64,000 nucleotides of DNA from Chiloscyllium plagiosum (taxonomy: Eukaryota), in contig NC_057752.1 in assembly GCF_004010195.1 (NCBI RefSeq), forward strand, positions 8,487,180 through 8,551,179, in the 5' to 3' direction. A program made the translations under genes and the position numbers. Each line of letters begins with the position of its first letter. Positions within the stretch are counted from its first letter, which is position 1. Under the pieces are notes generated by a model that had not been told where the DNA came from, did not search any database, and saw only the letters and a program-made list of their open reading frames with translations. Of the stretch, positions 61,313 to 64,000 are shown one piece after another.

Positions 61313-63227
61313 AGCTGGAAAATTTGAATTTTGGTAAATCTTAATCGGGGGTTGTATCAGACTAGTATTGTAGAAGGGAAAGTAAAAGATAGGTATTGTA
61401 GAAGGAGTTGTAAATAGTTGTTAGTTAATTATTCTCTGTTAAATTTTCAGAAATAAATTTCTTACTTTTTACTTAAAATAGTCCTAGGCGTCTCGAATTT
61501 TCACAGATTACAGCACAGGGTGAATCTTTTCTGTGTGTCGGGTTTAAATTAGCTGGGGGTGGGGTTGGGGCGGGTTTACCCTGTGAAGGCCTTAGAGAAG
61601 CATACAGAGTGGTGGAGAATTTACAATGTTTTTGATTCAGAACAGCTAGCACTGGTTGGGTTGCCTGGAGACAAAAAAAAACCCAAACTGTTACGACACA
61701 CAGTAAAGCCCCCACCCCCCTCACCCCCCTCACCCCCCTGCTAATTTAAACCCGAGCCACACAGAAAAGATTCACCCTGTGCTGTAATCTGCGAAATTCC
61801 AAGAGGCCAAGAACTATTTAAAGTAAAAAGTAACAACTTTATTTCTTAAAGTATAACAAGGAGTAATTAACAACTATTTACAAATCTTTCTACAATATCT
61901 ATCTTTCACTTTCCCTTCTGTAATACTAGTCTGATAAACCCCCAATTAAGATTTACCAAAATTCAGATTTCAAAGCCAGGCAGCTGTCAAATCTTCCCTT
62001 TGTATCCTCCTCTGTAGATTTTCTTCTTCCTCAGGATTTCTGTTTCACAGGTCATTGATAGATAAATGTACCTTTAAGAGAGCTATTTTTCAGGCAGTCT
62101 GTACAAGCTGGTGGCTTGGCGGTTCTCCTCTCCAACTGTTAAATTTTCCCCAGTCTTATACCCCCAAAGCATGGATCGTTTCATTGGGTTTCAATATTGT
62201 CAATATCCTAAATTCAAACTTGGAGGTTGGTATTTTGGGGTATAATTTAAACTGATTGATCGAATTTGAATTTGTTTTTGTCTCCAGGCAACCCAGCCAG
62301 TGCTAGCTGTTCTGAACCAGAAGTTACATTGTAAATTCTCCAGCACTCTATGTACTTCTCTAAGTCTTTCAACTCTCTTAAAGGTACAGTATGCTTCTAC
62401 ACCTTCATAACAGTCAGCCAGGGCTACCTGATTGGCCCAGACTAACAGCCTCATGAAATCCCCCTAGCTGACCTTGTTACAATCACTCCGCAACTCCTCA
62501 CCAATGCCATCCATTCTATTCATAAGAACAACTTTTCTCTGAATTGAGTGAATGTTCTTGAGTAATCTGGAGACTTTGTGAGTGGATCCACCCACCATCC
62601 TCATGAATGTTGAGTGTTAACTGGGACTACCTTTCAATTTCAATTTTAATTAAATTTAAATTCCATCAGCTGCTGTGGTACAACTTCAACCGATGTCCTA
62701 ACAGCATTAAATCAGGAGGGCTTCATTGGGTTTTGGGAAAAAAAAATTCACAAGCTATAAATGTTATCCTTCCACTTTGTGAGAAATGTAACTGAATACA
62801 CATCTGGCATTGTCAAATTAAAGGGTCCTCATGTATACATGAATACACACAAGGATGCAGGCACACACAGGGACCCATGCATTTAGCTTCAGTCCATATT
62901 AAGGCTGATACTCCAGTCCTGTATTGTCTTTTATATGCTGCTTGTTCTAGTGTTTTAGAAGAATGTTAAAAGAACCCTAGCACCATTTCAGTTGGTTGGT
63001 TTTGGACAATATTCCTAACTTAACCAATAAAACTTAGAATTGGGCTAACCAGTGATTCAACTTTTGGCTGTTCGGGGTGAGGGGGATACTGCTCCATAAC
63101 AGTCATTAGATGTTGTAAAATCATTAACTATGCAAATATTTCAGATGTAAAAGGTAAAATATTCTAACAGAAATCATGCACTATAACATTCCATGAAAAG
63201 CAACAGAAAAGTGAATCATCTACTGGC

Positions 63228-63385
63228 CTGGTAGGAATTGGAACCTCAGTAAGTCCTGTAAGAAGGATAGCTGGAGAAAGACGCACAAAAGCTACAATTG
63301 GTCTTTTCAGGAAGTCTAACTCGCCAACCAAGACATTAGAGGCTTCGGCTCCAGTAGGTATCTTCTTCATGAAGTGAAGGTCAAC
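63228..63385 (-). CDS. SLC4A8: SLC4A8-like bicarbonate transporter, internal coding exon (158 nt; [52 protein letters not shown]+R)
   Basis: Peptide is the conserved SLC4 N-terminal cytoplasmic domain; [20 protein letters not shown] is SLC4A8-type. Acceptor ...ttttgacag at 63387-63386; the donor is AG|GCCAGT (GC), phase 2, matching the next exon. Confidence 0.9.
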
Positions 63386-64000
63386 CTGTCAAAAACAAAT
63401 GTGGTTATTCAGAAATGTTTCTCAGCAATAGCTGGAAAGTAAATCATCGAGTTTTGAACTTGTATTCTCGAAATAAAAGGACAGAGTCCCAACCTGAACT
63501 AAACCTCTTTGCAAGAATAGTCAGCACTAATAGCTCAGGGCCTAAATGCTGCATTCACTGTTTCGCAAGTTGTGATTCGTTGAGGCAAGATACAACTGGC
63601 CTCCTCAAAAATAAAATAAATCCGTCAAGGCTCCAAACATCCAATAACAAGTGTTGAAAACTGAACGTAGGAATCAGAGTGCTTATTAAACACGTAAATC
63701 CAAGGTCAGACTACACTGTGATCAGTTTCAGATAGACTTTCTTATTTTGTCAAATTCACAATTTAAAGTAAGGTGCTTTAATCTTACATTAGAATTCATT
63801 AGAATTCCTCAATTTGCTAATGTGTCACCTTTTCAACATATTTCAAAATTCTTGAGGATGGAAACAAAAATAAACAATCACTATTTCACTCTTCTGACAC
63901 AGACCTGGATCACTTGGAGTTACATAAATTATTCTTTCTCCAGATACAAGATGACTAATATTTCCATTTGTAAAGGATATTTATAGAAGACAAACATGGA

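Larger units (their letters stand above)
60173..62412 (-). mobile_element. Rearranged Gmr1-like LTR retrotransposon derivative with 5-bp TSD (gtcag)
   Basis: Complete LTR at 61689-62412 (TGTTA...TAACA); RNase H C-terminus at 60594-60858 (YSMLEKELL...VYTDHNPL...RWSLMLQ...ADALSRI*), followed by a PPT (60386-60400) and an LTR start at 60385; TSD at 60168-60172 and 62413-62417. Confidence 0.8.
60035..62480 (-). mobile_element. Gypsy-type LTR (same family as 37300-37880) split by the 60173-62412 insertion
   Basis: The halves 60035-60172 and 62413-62480 rejoin as ...ctgtcag|ccagggct..., as in the 37.8-kb copy. Confidence 0.7.

Noticed and set aside
37300..62480. LTRs at 37300-37880 and 60035-62480 as the paired LTRs of one provirus
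   Set aside because: They are the same family and orientation but visibly diverged with indels, and ~600 bp of unrelated sequence separates gag from the second LTR. No TSD was found, so this is not supported.
63224..63385. Canonical GT donor 4 nt downstream (CCA|GTAGAT)
   Set aside because: It gives phase 0, which is incompatible with the phase-2 start of the next exon and would frameshift the conserved protein.
541..63385. Assignment to SLC4A7 or SLC4A10
   Set aside because: From recalled paralog sequences, [31 protein letters not shown] and the EKRK.PG.PNGN.CH exon fit SLC4A8 better. Phylogeny or synteny would be needed to be certain.

Overview
Eukaryotic, repeat-dominated genomic DNA, most likely from a cartilaginous fish (HE1-type V-SINEs, abundant CR1, Penelope-like and L1/Tx1 elements), with three N-gaps. 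The only host gene is on the minus strand: four consecutive coding exons of an SLC4 Na+-coupled bicarbonate transporter whose peptides best match SLC4A8/NDCBE (63228-63385, 12396-12483, 5492-5638, 541-641). They splice in frame only if the ~50.7-kb intron 12484-63227 uses a non-canonical GC donor. The introns hold decayed or nested retroelements (CR1, L1, Tx1, RTE, Gypsy including Gmr1-order elements, Penelope-like elements), SINEs and a Harbinger remnant. Highlights: (1) a TSD-flanked LTR-derived composite (60173-62412) carrying an intronless, 3'-truncated RPS3A mRNA copy fused to a retrotransposon RNase H, with inverted LTR ends; (2) a 13-bp-TSD-flanked Penelope composite (33562-35425) enclosing ~610 bp of unrelated, exon-like DNA; (3) several minimal hammerhead-ribozyme motifs in Penelope pLTR sequences; (4) a ~22-kb multi-level nest of retroelements. 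Family names come from motif recognition only, with no database search. Repeat boundaries are approximate unless a TSD is quoted.
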